Shown here piece after piece: positions 38,475 to 50,042 of a stretch of DNA of 64,000 nucleotides. The position numbers were made by a program, and so were the translations under genes. The notes below the pieces were generated by a model. That model saw only the letters and a list, made by a program, of their open reading frames with translations, was not told where the DNA came from and did no database searches. This stretch comes from Alphaproteobacteria bacterium (lineage in GTDB: Bacteria > Pseudomonadota > Alphaproteobacteria > SP197), in NCBI GenBank assembly GCA_965228895.1, contig OZ245842.1:2688001-2752000 (forward strand), in the 5' to 3' direction. The number at the start of each line of letters is the position of its first letter. Within the stretch, counting starts at the first letter, position 1.

Positions 38475-38848
38475 GCGGTCAGCGAACAATCCATCACCCA
38501 GATATCGTAAACCGGGTGCTCCAACGCCGAGACACCCGGGCTCGAGGCGAACATCCAACCGTTGAAAATGCGCCGCCGCTCCTCGTCTTTCATCTCGTCG
38601 ATCTCCAGAAAGGCCGTGCTTTCCGGCGTCTCTTCGGGCGGCGTCTTCTGGCAGCTGCGCGGCGTCACCTCCAGCGTGCCGAAATGGGCGACGCTGCCGA
38701 CGGGTACGGTAAACGACGTGAAACGCGCGGTGACCTTGTCCATGCCGCCCAGCACGACATAGGGATAGGACTCATAGGTCTGCGCGACAGCGCTATGCAC
38801 CGCCATCCAACAAAATCCAACCAGGCAGAAAGAAAGAACGGCCTTCAC
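38405..38848 (-). CDS. DUF2155 family exported protein
   Basis: [15 protein letters not shown]...[11 protein letters not shown]; GTG start overlapping the upstream stop. Confidence 0.88.
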   Translation of the reverse strand: MKAVLSFCLVGFCWMAVHSAVAQTYESYPYVVLGGMDKVTARFTSFTVPVGSVAHFGTLEVTPRSCQKTPPEETPESTAFLEIDEMKDEERRRIFNGWMFASSPGVSALEHPVYDIWVMDCSLTAYDEVSEDAEGESGTDPEAESSE

Positions 38849-39069
38849 GCGAAGGGTTTCTCCAGCGACGCGACGAGATCGGCCAGGACTTGTCGAACCT
38901 GCTTTTCGTCGCATCCCATGACGACCGCGTCTTCAAGCGCCTCTTGGGCCATCTCGTGAAGCTCTTCCAGGTTTTCGTTCAACAAGGCGAGCTTGTCGAC
39001 ACACGACACCGGCTCACCGTCCGGACCGATCCAAGTTTTTGGCAGGTATTTGTGATCGTTTGTGGGCAT
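38845..39069 (-). CDS. Small hypothetical protein
   Basis: 74 aa, typical codon usage, translationally coupled to the DUF2155 gene. Confidence 0.75.
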   Translation of the reverse strand: MPTNDHKYLPKTWIGPDGEPVSCVDKLALLNENLEELHEMAQEALEDAVVMGCDEKQVRQVLADLVASLEKPFA

Positions 39070-39159
39070 GGTGCTGTCAGCGCTGGGCCGTTTCGATGGC
39101 TGTCGTCCGAATCGAGGTGGCGGACACAGACGCGGATATCGGAGCGACCGGCGTCGCCA

Positions 39160-39624
39160 TCAACCCCCAGTGTCGCCCGACTGGCTGACACCACCAAACA
39201 GCGCGCGGGAAATCAGATCCATGATGTCGACGGCGCCTTGGGTGATCGTGATCTCCCCACCATCGGCCAGGTCGACGTCGGAAAAGCCCGGCTGCAGCGA
39301 GATATAGCTGCCGCCCAATAGACCGTCGGCGGAAATGCTGGCGGACGTGTCGTCAGGCAGTTGGACGTCGTCATCGATGCTCATCGACACGATCGCCTGG
39401 AAGTATTGGGGATCCAGATGCATTTCCTGCACCGAACCGATCTTGATGCCGCTCAGGCGCACATCGGCGCCCGGTTTGAGCGATCCGACCGAAGCAAAGG
39501 CGCCGGTCACCGTGTAGCCGTTGACCCGGGCCACGTCGGACTTGTTGTAGGCGAAGATGAAAAAGCCAATGGCGACGACAACCACCACCGCCCCGACCAG
39601 TGTCTCTATCGCTTTGCCGCCCAT
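39160..39624 (-). CDS. mlaD: MCE-domain outer-membrane lipid asymmetry protein MlaD
   Basis: ETLVG, GADVRLSGIKIGSV, GLLGGSYI.L.PG. Confidence 0.9.
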   Translation of the reverse strand: MGGKAIETLVGAVVVVVAIGFFIFAYNKSDVARVNGYTVTGAFASVGSLKPGADVRLSGIKIGSVQEMHLDPQYFQAIVSMSIDDDVQLPDDTSASISADGLLGGSYISLQPGFSDVDLADGGEITITQGAVDIMDLISRALFGGVSQSGDTGG

Positions 39625-39644
39625 AACGCCTTCTCTACCCCCGC

Positions 39645-40004
39645 CTATTCCGGTCGCCAAGCTTCATAGTCGCCGGTTGCGGCCGCACGATGGCCGCCCT
39701 TCAGGATGTGGCCCGGCGGCAGATAGCGCTCCTTGGTCCCGGTCAGATTGGGCAAGTGCTCTTTCTCCCAGGGCTTTTCGGGAAGCGGTGCCTCGCTGGG
39801 CGGTTCCGTCGTGGTGCGATGAAGCCAGGCATGCCAATCCGGCGGCACTTTCGATGCCTCCGGTTTGCCCTTGTAGAGCACCCAGCGCCGGCGCCAGCGG
39901 CCCTCTTTCACGCCCCGTTCCTGATAGTACCGGTTGCCGAACTCGTCGCTGCCGACCAGTTCGCCCTTCATCCAGGTATAGAGTCGTGTCCCGATTGTCG
40001 CCAT
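39645..40004 (-). CDS. NADH:ubiquinone oxidoreductase subunit NDUFA12 (17.2 kDa) homologue
   Basis: VG.DEFGNRYY, RRWV.Y, VPPDWHAWLH, NLTGT, YEAW.P. Confidence 0.92.
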   Translation of the reverse strand: MATIGTRLYTWMKGELVGSDEFGNRYYQERGVKEGRWRRRWVLYKGKPEASKVPPDWHAWLHRTTTEPPSEAPLPEKPWEKEHLPNLTGTKERYLPPGHILKGGHRAAATGDYEAWRPE

Positions 40005-40204
40005 ACACCTCTCCAGATCCTGCGACGCCCCACCAAGGGCGGCGCATATTGATCACGTCCGCCACGCGCCGTAAACCCTATCCGGAGTCGAGTCGCGCCA
40101 GTTTGTCGCAACACGGCGATTTCGCGGCTCCCCAGCGACCGGGTAAGGCATTAGATGAAGTATTTTTCGTAACGACTTGCCGGTTCTCGATAACTCGCCC
40201 CCGC

Positions 40205-40375
40205 GTACTATATGTGGTGTACGGCCGATTCTGGACCACATATTTTTGTCACAATCCACCAAATATAGTAGCTCGTCGGAACCTGCCCACAAAATCCGCT
40301 TGACACCACAGGCCTCCAGACTCACCATCACCGCCCGTTGAGGGTTAGGGGATCACCACCTACAAGATGTTGGGT
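40205..40375 (+). promoter_or_regulatory. NrdR boxes and sigma70 promoter of nrdJ
   Basis: 16-mers GTACTATATGTGGTGT (40205-20), CCACCAAATATAGTAG (40256-71), CTACAAGATGTTGGGT (40360-75) fit acaCwAtATaTwGtgt; TTGACA (40300-05)-N17-CACCAT. Confidence 0.75.
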
Positions 40376-40462
40376 GGTCAAGGGTGCCGGGGCATACGCT
40401 CCCAAAACCTGTAGACGGGACTCGATTTCAGTCTACGAACGGCCTTGGAGGTGGGGGCAAGT

Positions 40463-43400
40463 ATGCGTGTTTCGCGCCATTACACACAAGACGGCAACGA
40501 TGCCTATGACGGCATCACATTCCGCAAAGCGACCAGCGAAATTCGTAATCCGGATGGTTCTGTCGTTTTCCAACAACACGATATCAACGTGCCGGCGTCG
40601 TGGTCCCAGGTGGCCTGCGACATCATCGCGCAGAAGTATTTCCGCAAGGCTGGCGTAGCCGAGGAACTGGTCGCCGTCGAAGAGGCGGATGTCCCCAGTT
40701 GGTTGTGGAAGAAGCAGCCGGCCGAGCGTTCCGCTATGACCGGCGAGACCGACGCCTGCCAGGTCTTCGACCGGCTTTCCGGCACCTGGACCTATTGGGG
40801 CTGGAAGGGCGGCTATTTCGACGCCGAAGCGGACGCGCGCGCCTATTTCGACGAGATGCGCTACATGCTGGCGACGCAGATGGCGGCGCCGAACTCACCG
40901 CAGTGGTTCAACACGGGCCTGAACTGGGCTTATGGCATCGAGGGCCCGGCCCAAGGGCACCACTATGTCGACCATCAGTCGGGCGAGCTCACGCGCTCCC
41001 AGAGCGCCTACGAACATCCGCAGCCCCATGCCTGCTTCATTCAGGGCGTCGAAGACGATCTGGTGAACGACAACGGCATCATGGACCTTTGGGTGCGCGA
41101 GGCTCGCCTCTTCAAGTATGGGTCCGGCACCGGCTCCAACTTCTCCAAGCTCAGGGGCGGCGGCGAGAACCTGTCGGGCGGCGGCAAGTCCTCCGGTCTG
41201 ATGAGTTTCCTCAAAGTCGGCGACCGCGCCGCGGGCTCGATCAAATCCGGCGGTACGACGCGGCGCGCGGCCAAGATGGTCGTTGTCGATATCGATCATC
41301 CCGATGTCGAGGACTTCATCGGCTGGAAGATGGTCGAAGAGCAGAAGGTCGCGGCCCTTGTCGCCGGCTCCAAGCTCTGCGAGCGCCACCTGAACGAGGT
41401 CATGAGCGCCTGTCACGTGACGGATCGTCACGATGACGAACGGTTCGATCCGCGCAAGAACAGCTCGCTGAAAAAGGCGGTGCTGGAGGCGCGCCGCGCC
41501 ATGGTCTCGGAGAACTACATCCAGCGTGTCATGCAGTTGGCACGCCAAGGCTTCACCGGTATCGCGTTCCAGTCCTACGACACCGACTGGGATTCCGAAG
41601 CCTACCGCACCGTCAGCGGCCAGAACGCCAACAACAGCGTACGTGTCACCAACGACTTCCTGGATGCGGTCGGCAGCGATGACGATTGGGAACTTGTCCG
41701 CCGCACGGACGGCAAGACCCACAAGATCGTCAAGGCGCGTTATCTGTGGGATCAGATTGCCTATGCCGCATGGTCGTCGGCCGATCCGGGCGTGCAATAC
41801 GACACCACGATCAACGAGTGGCATACCTGCCCTGCTTCGGGCCGGATCAACGCGTCGAACCCGTGTTCGGAGTACATGTTCCTGGACGACACGGCGTGCA
41901 ATCTGGCGTCGTTGAACCTGCTGCGTTTCCGCAAGGACGACGGCAGCTTCGATATTGCGGCATTCGAACACGCGGTACGTCTGTGGACCATCACGCTCGA
42001 AATTTCGGTCATGATGGCGCAGTTCCCGTCGAAGGAAATTGCGCAACGGTCCTATGACTTCCGCACACTGGGCCTCGGCTTCGCCAATGTTGGCGGTCTC
42101 TTGATGGCCGGCGGTTTCAGTTACGACTCGCAAGAGGGTCGGGCGATCTGTGGGGCCATCTCTGCACTGATGACCGGCGTTTCGTACGCCACGAGTGCGG
42201 AGATGGCCCGCGAGCTCGGCGCCTTTCCCCGCTACCGCGAGAACGCCGACGATATGCTGCGCGTCATGCGCAACCATCGTCAGGCAGCACGCGGCGGCCA
42301 GGACAACTATGAAGCGCTGTCGATCACGCCTGTCGCGCTGGATCACGACAGCCTGCCCGACCGCGATCTCGGCGAGGCCGCGATCCGCGCGTGGGAATCC
42401 GCGGTGCGCCTTGGCGAGTACCATGGCTACCGCAACGCCCAAGCCACTGTCGTCGCGCCGACCGGTACCATCGGCCTTGTGATGGATTGCGATACGACGG
42501 GCATCGAGCCGGACTTCGCGCTGGTCAAGTTCAAAAAGCTGTCAGGCGGCGGCTACTTTAAGATCATCAACCGTACGGTCCCCACGGCACTCACACATTT
42601 GGGCTACAGCGAAACCCAAATCGATGAGATAGCGGATTACGCGGTGGGCCACGGTTCGCTGAAAGACGCGCCCGGTATCAACCACGAAACACTGGCGGCC
42701 AAAGGGTTCACGGCCGAGATCCTCGAAACCGTCGAAGCGGCGCTCGGCAACGCGTTCGATATCAAGTTTGTCTTCAACAAGTGGACCTTGGGCGCAGAGT
42801 TCTGCACCGAAATCCTGGAGATCAACGAAGCAGCGCTCGATGATGCCGGCTTTGATCTCCTGAAGGCGATTGGGTTCAGTCAAGACGAGATCGACGCAGC
42901 CAACATCCACTGTTGCGGCGCGATGACGCTTGAAGGTGCGCCGCACCTGAAGGACGAGCACCTGCCGGTTTTCGACTGCGCCAATCCGTGCGGTCGCTTG
43001 GGCAAGCGCTTCCTGTCGACCAACAGCCACATCAACATGATGGCCGCGGCCCAGCCGTTCATTTCCGGCGCCATTTCCAAGACCATCAACATGCCGAACT
43101 CGGCATCGGTCGAGGAATGTCAGGAGGCCTATCTGTTGTCGTGGCGGTTGGGTCTGAAGGCCAACGCGCTCTATCGCGACGGCTCGAAACTGTCGCAGCC
43201 GTTGTCGGCCATCAACCTCGGCGACGACGTCGACGACCTGATGGAAAGCGCCAACCAGAACGAGAAGGTGCATCACGTCGTCGAGCGGATCGTCACCAAG
43301 ATCGTGCATCAAGGCGATCGCGGACAGCGTCTACGCCTCGACAACCGTCGCCGCGGGTATACGCAGAAAGCGGTGGTCGGTGGTCACAAGGTTTACCTGA

Positions 43401-44137
43401 AGACCGGCGAATATGCCGATGGCAGCCTGGGCGAGATCTTCATCGACATGCACAAGGAAGGTGCGGCCTTCCGCAGCCTGATGAACAACTTCGCCATCGC
43501 CGTCTCCATCGGCCTGCAGTATGGCGTGCCGTTGGAAGAGTTCGTCGAGTCCTTCACGTTCACGCGATTCGAACCGTCGGGCATGGTCGAAGGCAACGAG
43601 ACGATCAAGATGTCGACCTCGATCCTGGACTACATCTTCCGCGAACTCGCCATCAGCTATCTGGCGCGCGACGACCTCGCCCATGTCGAGCCGAACGATT
43701 TGACGCCCGACACGGTCGGTCGCGGTGATGCCGCCGAGGAGTTCACCGGCGAAGGCGACAGCGGCATGAACGAAGTCGCCGAACTGCTGCGCCGCATCAC
43801 CAGCAACGGCTATACGCGAGGCCGCCTGCAGGTTTTGGATGGCGGTTTGAAAGAACAGACCAAGGTAACGACCTCCGAAGTGGAGGTTGTCGAGACCGAG
43901 ATGGTCGAAACCGAATCCGCATACGGCAACGTGTCGGTATCGGGAACGTCGGGTGCCGCCATCGCGGCAGTCGAGGTTGTCGATGCGGTTGTCGGCGACC
44001 GGGCCGAGAAGGTCCGCGCCGCGCGTATGCAAGGTTATGAAGGTGATCCGTGCTCAGAATGCGGAAACCTGACCCTGGTCCGCAACGGGACGTGCCTCAA
44101 GTGTGTCACTTGTGGCTCAACGAGCGGTTGCTCGTGA
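40463..44137 (+). CDS. nrdJ: Class II vitamin B12-dependent ribonucleotide reductase
   Basis: [38 protein letters not shown]-like domain and C-terminal Cys ribbon (CSECG...CVTCG.TSGCS). Confidence 0.97.
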   Translation: MRVSRHYTQDGNDAYDGITFRKATSEIRNPDGSVVFQQHDINVPASWSQVACDIIAQKYFRKAGVAEELVAVEEADVPSWLWKKQPAERSAMTGETDACQVFDRLSGTWTYWGWKGGYFDAEADARAYFDEMRYMLATQMAAPNSPQWFNTGLNWAYGIEGPAQGHHYVDHQSGELTRSQSAYEHPQPHACFIQGVEDDLVNDNGIMDLWVREARLFKYGSGTGSNFSKLRGGGENLSGGGKSSGLMSFLKVGDRAAGSIKSGGTTRRAAKMVVVDIDHPDVEDFIGWKMVEEQKVAALVAGSKLCERHLNEVMSACHVTDRHDDERFDPRKNSSLKKAVLEARRAMVSENYIQRVMQLARQGFTGIAFQSYDTDWDSEAYRTVSGQNANNSVRVTNDFLDAVGSDDDWELVRRTDGKTHKIVKARYLWDQIAYAAWSSADPGVQYDTTINEWHTCPASGRINASNPCSEYMFLDDTACNLASLNLLRFRKDDGSFDIAAFEHAVRLWTITLEISVMMAQFPSKEIAQRSYDFRTLGLGFANVGGLLMAGGFSYDSQEGRAICGAISALMTGVSYATSAEMARELGAFPRYRENADDMLRVMRNHRQAARGGQDNYEALSITPVALDHDSLPDRDLGEAAIRAWESAVRLGEYHGYRNAQATVVAPTGTIGLVMDCDTTGIEPDFALVKFKKLSGGGYFKIINRTVPTALTHLGYSETQIDEIADYAVGHGSLKDAPGINHETLAAKGFTAEILETVEAALGNAFDIKFVFNKWTLGAEFCTEILEINEAALDDAGFDLLKAIGFSQDEIDAANIHCCGAMTLEGAPHLKDEHLPVFDCANPCGRLGKRFLSTNSHINMMAAAQPFISGAISKTINMPNSASVEECQEAYLLSWRLGLKANALYRDGSKLSQPLSAINLGDDVDDLMESANQNEKVHHVVERIVTKIVHQGDRGQRLRLDNRRRGYTQKAVVGGHKVYLKTGEYADGSLGEIFIDMHKEGAAFRSLMNNFAIAVSIGLQYGVPLEEFVESFTFTRFEPSGMVEGNETIKMSTSILDYIFRELAISYLARDDLAHVEPNDLTPDTVGRGDAAEEFTGEGDSGMNEVAELLRRITSNGYTRGRLQVLDGGLKEQTKVTTSEVEVVETEMVETESAYGNVSVSGTSGAAIAAVEVVDAVVGDRAEKVRAARMQGYEGDPCSECGNLTLVRNGTCLKCVTCGSTSGCS

Positions 44138-44158
44138 CGATGCGTCCGGTTGCAGGCA

Positions 44159-44252
44159 CGGGTGGCCGACGCCCCTAACGGGGATTCCGCCGGCCACCGC
44201 TCATGGTGTGTCCTCCCTGACTTGGGGCGCGTTTCGGCGCGCCCCTTTTTTT
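44159..44252 (+). ncRNA. Putative MmgR/suhB (alpha-r8)-family small RNA
   Basis: Hairpin GGTGGCCG/CGGCCACC, then GGTGTGTCCTCCCTGACTT anti-SD motif directly followed by an intrinsic terminator. Confidence 0.6.
44224..44252 (+). terminator. Rho-independent terminator after nrdJ/sRNA
   Basis: GGGGCGCG / CGCGCCCC stem followed by a run of 7 T. Confidence 0.85.
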
Positions 44253-44334
44253 CATGGCGCCAGGGAGGAAAACAATCCTGACACGCCATCTCGGCTGCGC
44301 CAAATCAAACCAAAAATCGTTTGGTTTCCTGACC

Positions 44335-45471
44335 TTAGTTGGTGAAGCGCGGTGCGACCTGGGTCGCGAAGAGGCGCAGGCTGGACTTCACCTGATCGAA
44401 GGTCAGGCCGGGAACGTTGAGAAACAGCGCCAGATGCTGGCAACCGGTCTCGTCTCGTAACCGCTCGATCTGGCGCGCGACCGTGTCCGGCGTGCCGATC
44501 AAGACGAGATCGTGCTTCAGTTGGAACTCCAGCGCGCCGAGCTCGAGGTCGCCGTCGTCCAGTTCCGCTTCCGACACCGTCGCCTTGCGCATGCGGTAGA
44601 GATTGCCGCTGGCCCACTGGGCCAGACGGTCCAAACCCGGCGCCGTCGCGGCGAGCGCCTCATCATAATCCTCGGCGATATAGGCGACGCGCATAACGGC
44701 GAGACCCTCGCCATAGGCGACCTTCCTGTCCTGTGTCTCGGACGCAACTTCCTGGTAGCGGGTCCAGTTCTCGCGAATGCGGCCCAAGGACAGGAACTGG
44801 CACATGGTGCCGATGCCCAGCCGCGCACAGTATTCGTGGGACAACAAGGATTCCGCCATCGCCCAGATCGGCGGCCTGGGTTTCTGATAGGGACCCGGGA
44901 AGATGCCGATATGCTGCAATTCACCATCCTCGGCGTGATAGTCGGGATCGTGCGCCAAGGGATTGGCTTCCTTCCAACCGGGCGCCGGGAAGGTGTGAAA
45001 GCGACCTTCGTGGCGAAATGCTTTTTGGGTCAGCGCCTTCAAAAGAATATCGACGTTCTCCTCATAGAGTTCGCGATTGAGATCGCGGTCGCGGCGGTCG
45101 CCGGCGGGATGGAAGTTTTTGCACGCCCGGCTGTTGATGCCCGGCGCAATACCGATGTCGACACGCCCCCTGGTCATCTGATCGAGAAACGCGATGTCCT
45201 CCGCCAGCCTGATGGGATGCCAGTCCGGCACGACGTTGCCGCACTGGCCCAGCCGGAGCCGGTCGCTGTAGCGCGCGAGATCGGCGCCCAACAGCAGCGC
45301 GTTCGACCCGGACCGGTACCAGCCGTCCCAGGCAAAGTGATGCTCGGCAAGCCAGACGCCCGTGAAGCCGAGGTCGTCGAGCAACTCCGTCGTTTCGTGC
45401 ATCTCGTCGAACAGCAGCTCCCAGTCATAGGGATCGCCGACGTGGTAAAAGAGCGTGCTGTCGAAGCGCAT
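44335..45471 (-). CDS. Luciferase-like (LLM class) flavin-dependent oxidoreductase
   Basis: GFTGVWLAEHHF, HPIRLAED.A.LD....GR, PYQKPRPPIW, IGTPDTV. Confidence 0.9.
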   Translation of the reverse strand: MRFDSTLFYHVGDPYDWELLFDEMHETTELLDDLGFTGVWLAEHHFAWDGWYRSGSNALLLGADLARYSDRLRLGQCGNVVPDWHPIRLAEDIAFLDQMTRGRVDIGIAPGINSRACKNFHPAGDRRDRDLNRELYEENVDILLKALTQKAFRHEGRFHTFPAPGWKEANPLAHDPDYHAEDGELQHIGIFPGPYQKPRPPIWAMAESLLSHEYCARLGIGTMCQFLSLGRIRENWTRYQEVASETQDRKVAYGEGLAVMRVAYIAEDYDEALAATAPGLDRLAQWASGNLYRMRKATVSEAELDDGDLELGALEFQLKHDLVLIGTPDTVARQIERLRDETGCQHLALFLNVPGLTFDQVKSSLRLFATQVAPRFTN

Positions 45472-45607
45472 GGGTTTTTATCCACCTGTGGAAAACCGCA
45501 GGCAGACTATGGCGGCCTTAGGGCCCCAGCAACCGCTTGGCGCCGAATGTTGCATGCGCGAATGGATTGTGCTGCACTGCACAATATGGTGAAGCCGGAG
45601 ACACTGC

Positions 45608-46468
45608 ATGGAAACGGCAACGACCCTCGATCAGATGAGGGCGCGCCTGCAGGACTGGCGTGCCTCGGGCGAACGCGTCGGCCTTGTGCCGACCATGGGC
45701 GCCCTGCATCCCGGTCATATGTCACTGGTCGACGGGTGCCACGCAGCTGCCGATAGAGTTGTTGTGAGCCTGTTCATCAACCCGCGCCAATTCGGACCCA
45801 ACGAGGATCTCGACGCCTATCCGCGGGATCTGGACAGCGATGCGGCACAACTGGGCGACGCCGGCGTCGACCTGCTCTACGCGCCGACGGGCGACCAGAT
45901 CTATCCGAAGGGATTTGCGACAACCGTTTCTCTCACCGGCCCCGCCGAAGGGCTGGAAAACGAGCACAGGCCCGGTTTCTTCGACGGTGTCGCCACGGTC
46001 GTGACCAAACTCTTCCTGCAAACCCATGCCGACGTCGCCGTGTTTGGCGAAAAGGACTACCAGCAGCTCATCGTCGTCAAACGCTTCGTCAGGGATCTCA
46101 ATCTGGACATCGAGATCCTCGGCATGCCGACCGTGCGTGAGGCCGACGGCCTCGCCTGTTCCTCGCGCAACGCCTATCTCAATGCCGATCAGCGCCGAAT
46201 CGCGCCGCGATTGTGGCAGACGTTATCCACAGCGGGACAAGCGCTTGCCACGGCCGGCTCCCCCGAAGCGGTCGTCGCCGGTGCCAAGCGCGACCTTGAA
46301 GCCAGCTTTGATGAGGTGGAGTATGTCGCGTGGCGTGACGGGGAAACGCTGATGCCCAATCCGGCAGACGATCGGCCAAGCCGTCTGCTGGCGGCGGTCA
46401 AGCTCGGTACGACACGGCTGATCGACAATGTTGCGGTTGCACCAAGGCAAGGCGTGGGGTCGCCATGA
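45608..46468 (+). CDS. panC: Pantoate--beta-alanine ligase
   Basis: VPTMGALHPGH, FGEKDYQQ, READGLA.SSRN, RLIDN. Confidence 0.97.
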   Translation: METATTLDQMRARLQDWRASGERVGLVPTMGALHPGHMSLVDGCHAAADRVVVSLFINPRQFGPNEDLDAYPRDLDSDAAQLGDAGVDLLYAPTGDQIYPKGFATTVSLTGPAEGLENEHRPGFFDGVATVVTKLFLQTHADVAVFGEKDYQQLIVVKRFVRDLNLDIEILGMPTVREADGLACSSRNAYLNADQRRIAPRLWQTLSTAGQALATAGSPEAVVAGAKRDLEASFDEVEYVAWRDGETLMPNPADDRPSRLLAAVKLGTTRLIDNVAVAPRQGVGSP

Positions 46469-47325
46469 CAGCAAACCGGGTCAACAAATCTCAGCTTCCG
46501 GTCAACGAGGTACTCGGTCCCAAGGGCGGCGCGCCGATCGTCGGCCTGACCGCCTATACCGCGCCGGTCGCCAAACGGCTCGATCGGCATGTCGATTTCA
46601 TGCTGGTTGGCGATTCGCTCGCCATGGTGCTTTACGGCATGGTGACGACACGCGGTATCGATCTGGAAACGATGATACGCCACGGCCGCGCCGTCGCCGA
46701 ACACGCACACCAGGCGGTGATCGTCGTCGATATGCCGTTCGGCACCTATGAGGACGACCGCGATGTCGCCATGGCGAACGTCAAACGGGTCATGGACGAA
46801 ACCGGCTGCGACGCCGTCAAGATGGAAGGCGGCGCCGACCTGGCGCCGACCGTCGCTGATGTCACGGCAAGCGGCATTCCGGTGATGGGCCATATCGGTC
46901 TGATGCCCCAGCGCGCCAAAGACCGGTCGGGTTTCCGCACCAAAGGTAAGAGTGATTCCGAAGCGCGGCGCATCGTGAAGGACGCCAAGGCCATTGCGAA
47001 CGCCGGCGCGTTTGCCATTGTGGTTGAAGGTGTCGTTGACTCGGTGGCGCAAAACGTCACCGATGCGGTCCACGTGCCGACCATTGGCATCGGCGCTTCG
47101 GCGACCTGCGATGGACAGATCCTGGTCACCGAAGACATGTCGGGCTTGTTCACCGACTTCAAGCCGCGCTTTGTCAAACGCTATGCCGAACTCGGCGACG
47201 CGCTGGAGGCTGCGGTCGTAGCCTATGCGAACGACGTGCGCGAGCGTACGTTTCCCGGCGACGAACACGTCGTCCATGCGCCCAAGACATCGAAACCGAA
47301 GGAAGTCGATCGCGCCAAACGTTAA
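46465..47325 (+). CDS. panB: 3-methyl-2-oxobutanoate hydroxymethyltransferase
   Basis: LTAY, LVGDS, DMPFG, VKMEGG, GHIGL.PQ, DGQILV. Confidence 0.97.
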   Translation: MTANRVNKSQLPVNEVLGPKGGAPIVGLTAYTAPVAKRLDRHVDFMLVGDSLAMVLYGMVTTRGIDLETMIRHGRAVAEHAHQAVIVVDMPFGTYEDDRDVAMANVKRVMDETGCDAVKMEGGADLAPTVADVTASGIPVMGHIGLMPQRAKDRSGFRTKGKSDSEARRIVKDAKAIANAGAFAIVVEGVVDSVAQNVTDAVHVPTIGIGASATCDGQILVTEDMSGLFTDFKPRFVKRYAELGDALEAAVVAYANDVRERTFPGDEHVVHAPKTSKPKEVDRAKR

Positions 47326-47335
47326 TGGCTTTGCC

Positions 47336-48127
47336 TCACTGCAGGTGCAACGACAAGAACGCCTTCATGCGCATATAGGCGATGGCCGTGACGTCGGGGT
47401 CATAACGCATCAGGTGGCCCTGATAGATGCCGGGCGCGCCTTCCCAATCGAACGCATGGGTGGCGCCGGGGAAGACGACGAGATCGAAACCGTCATCAGC
47501 CCGAACCTCCTGCTTCATCGCTTCGCACAACACCGGCGCGGTCGCCGTATCCTCGCTGCCGACCAGGACAAGCAACGGCGCGTCGAGGTCAGACGCATCG
47601 GACTGGCAGCGTGGATAGAACGCAACCGCCACCTCGAACATGTCGCTTGGCGCGACCTGATTGACGATGCCGCCGGCGATCGACTTCAGGGCCGTCGTGC
47701 CACCATCGGACCATCCGACGACGCCAATACGCTCGGCATCGACGAATGGCTGCGCGGCCAGGTACGCCCGGCCGGCAAACGCATCACTGATTCGCAGGTC
47801 GGCATTCACTGTGGCGTCGGCACTGCCGCACACCGTTTCGATACCCCGCGGTCCAAGACTATCAATGCGAAGGGAGACATAACCCCATCGCTCCAGAAAC
47901 CCCTCTTCCCATTCCCAGGTGAGATCGGTGCCGTTGCAACCGTGCAGCATGACGACGGCAGGAAACGGTCCGTCGCCGTCCGGTTTGTTGAGTTTTGCCT
48001 GCAGCGTCACGGTGGCCCCGGTCTGGTCTGTCACCGGAAACGCGACGATCGTGCTCTCGGCATGCGCCAGCGAGACCGACGACAGGGCGGCGATGCCGAT
48101 CAAAAGGCTGGCGACAACGGCTTTCAT
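47336..48127 (-). CDS. Secreted dienelactone hydrolase-family protein
   Basis: Signal peptide MKAVVA...AHA, HGCNG, GWSDG, FYP.C, PGATHAFD. Confidence 0.85.
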   Translation of the reverse strand: MKAVVASLLIGIAALSSVSLAHAESTIVAFPVTDQTGATVTLQAKLNKPDGDGPFPAVVMLHGCNGTDLTWEWEEGFLERWGYVSLRIDSLGPRGIETVCGSADATVNADLRISDAFAGRAYLAAQPFVDAERIGVVGWSDGGTTALKSIAGGIVNQVAPSDMFEVAVAFYPRCQSDASDLDAPLLVLVGSEDTATAPVLCEAMKQEVRADDGFDLVVFPGATHAFDWEGAPGIYQGHLMRYDPDVTAIAYMRMKAFLSLHLQ

Positions 48128-48236
48128 GGCGACCCAGTCTAACGCGAGATACGGCGCCGACAACGATCGTCTCCGATTAACCGGACCGCAACGCTATCGA
48201 AAGTCTAGCTGCCGCAAGGCGATAGCGCCTTGCCGC

Positions 48237-50042
48237 CTATTCCTGCGCCAGGGTCGCTTCGCGCGCCTTCTTGTCGACGTCCGGCGCCAGGCGGATGTGC
48301 AGCTCGCGCAGTTGATGCATGGAGGCTTCCGACGGTGCGCCCATCATCAGGTCCTGGGCCTGCTGGTTCATTGGGAACAGCGTGACCTCGCGGATGTTCG
48401 GTTCGTCGGCCAACAGCATGACAATGCGGTCGATACCCGGTGCGATACCGCCATGGGGCGGGCAGCCGTATTGGAACGCGTGATAGAGCGCGCCGAACCG
48501 CTCCTCCACATCGGCCGCTGTGTAGCCGGCGATCTCGAACGCCCGCACCATAGTCGCGGGTTCGTGGTTACGGATCGCGCCGCTCGCCAACTCGATACCA
48601 TTGCAGACGATGTCGTACTGGTGCGCCAACACCTCCAGCGGATCTTGGTCGGCCAGCGCCGCGGCGCCGCCTTGCGGCATGGAGAACGGGTTGTGGCTGA
48701 AGTCGATCTTCTTGAGCTGTTCGTCGTAATCGAACATCGGATAGTCGACGATCCAGCAGAAGCGGAACGCGTTTTCATCGACCAGGCCAAGCTCGGCACC
48801 CGTGCGCGTGCGCACCAGACCGGCGATCCGTTCGGCCTCGGCCAATCTCGCGCACGAGAAGAACACGGCGTCGCCATCGCCGACGCCGGTTGCCTGGCGA
48901 ATGGCGTCGAGCTCCGCGTCGCTCAGCAGCTTGGCGATCGGTCCCTTGCCGGCGCCGTCCTGGAAAATGACATAGGCGAGCCCCTTGGCGCCGTTCTCCT
49001 GGGCAAAACCGATCATCTTGTCGAAGAAGCTGCGCGGCTGAGCGCCGGCACCGGGCGCGGGAATGGCGCGCGCGACGGCGCCTTTATGAATCTGTTCGCG
49101 GAAGATCTTGAATTCGCTGTCGCGGAAGATCTCCGTCGCATCAGCGTTTTCGATGGGATTGCGCAAGTCCGGCTTGTCGGTGCCGAAGCGCAGCATGGCG
49201 TCGCGAAAAGCAATGCGTGGGAACGGCATGTCCGTTACCGGCCGGTCGCCGAACTCCGCGAACACGCCGTGCATGACCGGTTCGATTGCGTCGAACACGT
49301 CCTCCTGTGTGACGAAACTCATCTCCATGTCGAGCTGATAGAACTCGCCAGCCGCCCGGTCGGCGCGCGCATCTTCATCGCGGAAACACGGTGCGATCTG
49401 GAAATAGCGGTCGAAGCCCGAGGCCATGACGAGCTGCTTGAAGATCTGGGGCGCCTGGGGCAACGCGTAGAACTGGCCGGGATGCAGGCGGCTCGGCACC
49501 AGAAAGTCCCGCGCGCCTTCCGGGCTGGATGCGGTCAGGATCGGCGTCTGAAACTCGTTGAAACCCTGGTCGACCATGCGCCGGCGGATCGATGCCACGA
49601 CGTTGGCGCGCAGCATGATGTTCCGCTGCATGACTTCGCGTCTGAGGTCGAGGAAGCGGTAGCGCAGGCGAATGTCTTCGGGATAGTCGGCCTCGCCGAA
49701 CACCGGCATCGGCAGCGCTTCGGCTTCCGAGATCACGTCGAAGGCGCGAATACGGACCTCGATATCGCCGGTCCCGAGTTCCGTGTTCACGGTCTCGGCG
49801 CTGCGCTCGACGACCGGCCCCTCGATCGTCACCACGCTTTCCGAACGAACCGCCTCGGCGGCTGGGAAATGTTCGCCATCGGTCTCGATCACGCATTGGG
49901 TCAGGCCATAGTGGTCGCGCAAATCGACGAACAGCAGATTGCCGTGGTCGCGCTTTCTGTGGACCCAGCCCGACAGGCGGACGGTCTCGCCGACGTTGTC
50001 ACGGCGCAATTGGCCGCAGGTATGCGTGCGATAGCGGTGCAT
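48237..50042 (-). CDS. aspS: Aspartate--tRNA ligase (probably non-discriminating Asp/Asn)
   Basis: Start [10 protein letters not shown] at 50042; RDHG (His), [24 protein letters not shown]. Confidence 0.97.
   Translation of the reverse strand: MHRYRTHTCGQLRRDNVGETVRLSGWVHRKRDHGNLLFVDLRDHYGLTQCVIETDGEHFPAAEAVRSESVVTIEGPVVERSAETVNTELGTGDIEVRIRAFDVISEAEALPMPVFGEADYPEDIRLRYRFLDLRREVMQRNIMLRANVVASIRRRMVDQGFNEFQTPILTASSPEGARDFLVPSRLHPGQFYALPQAPQIFKQLVMASGFDRYFQIAPCFRDEDARADRAAGEFYQLDMEMSFVTQEDVFDAIEPVMHGVFAEFGDRPVTDMPFPRIAFRDAMLRFGTDKPDLRNPIENADATEIFRDSEFKIFREQIHKGAVARAIPAPGAGAQPRSFFDKMIGFAQENGAKGLAYVIFQDGAGKGPIAKLLSDAELDAIRQATGVGDGDAVFFSCARLAEAERIAGLVRTRTGAELGLVDENAFRFCWIVDYPMFDYDEQLKKIDFSHNPFSMPQGGAAALADQDPLEVLAHQYDIVCNGIELASGAIRNHEPATMVRAFEIAGYTAADVEERFGALYHAFQYGCPPHGGIAPGIDRIVMLLADEPNIREVTLFPMNQQAQDLMMGAPSEASMHQLRELHIRLAPDVDKKAREATLAQE

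Noticed and set aside
40463-44137. Intein or cobalamin riboswitch at nrdJ
   Set aside because: No intein splice or LAGLIDADG motifs recognised; the length fits alphaproteobacterial NrdJ; no B12-box recognised in the leader.
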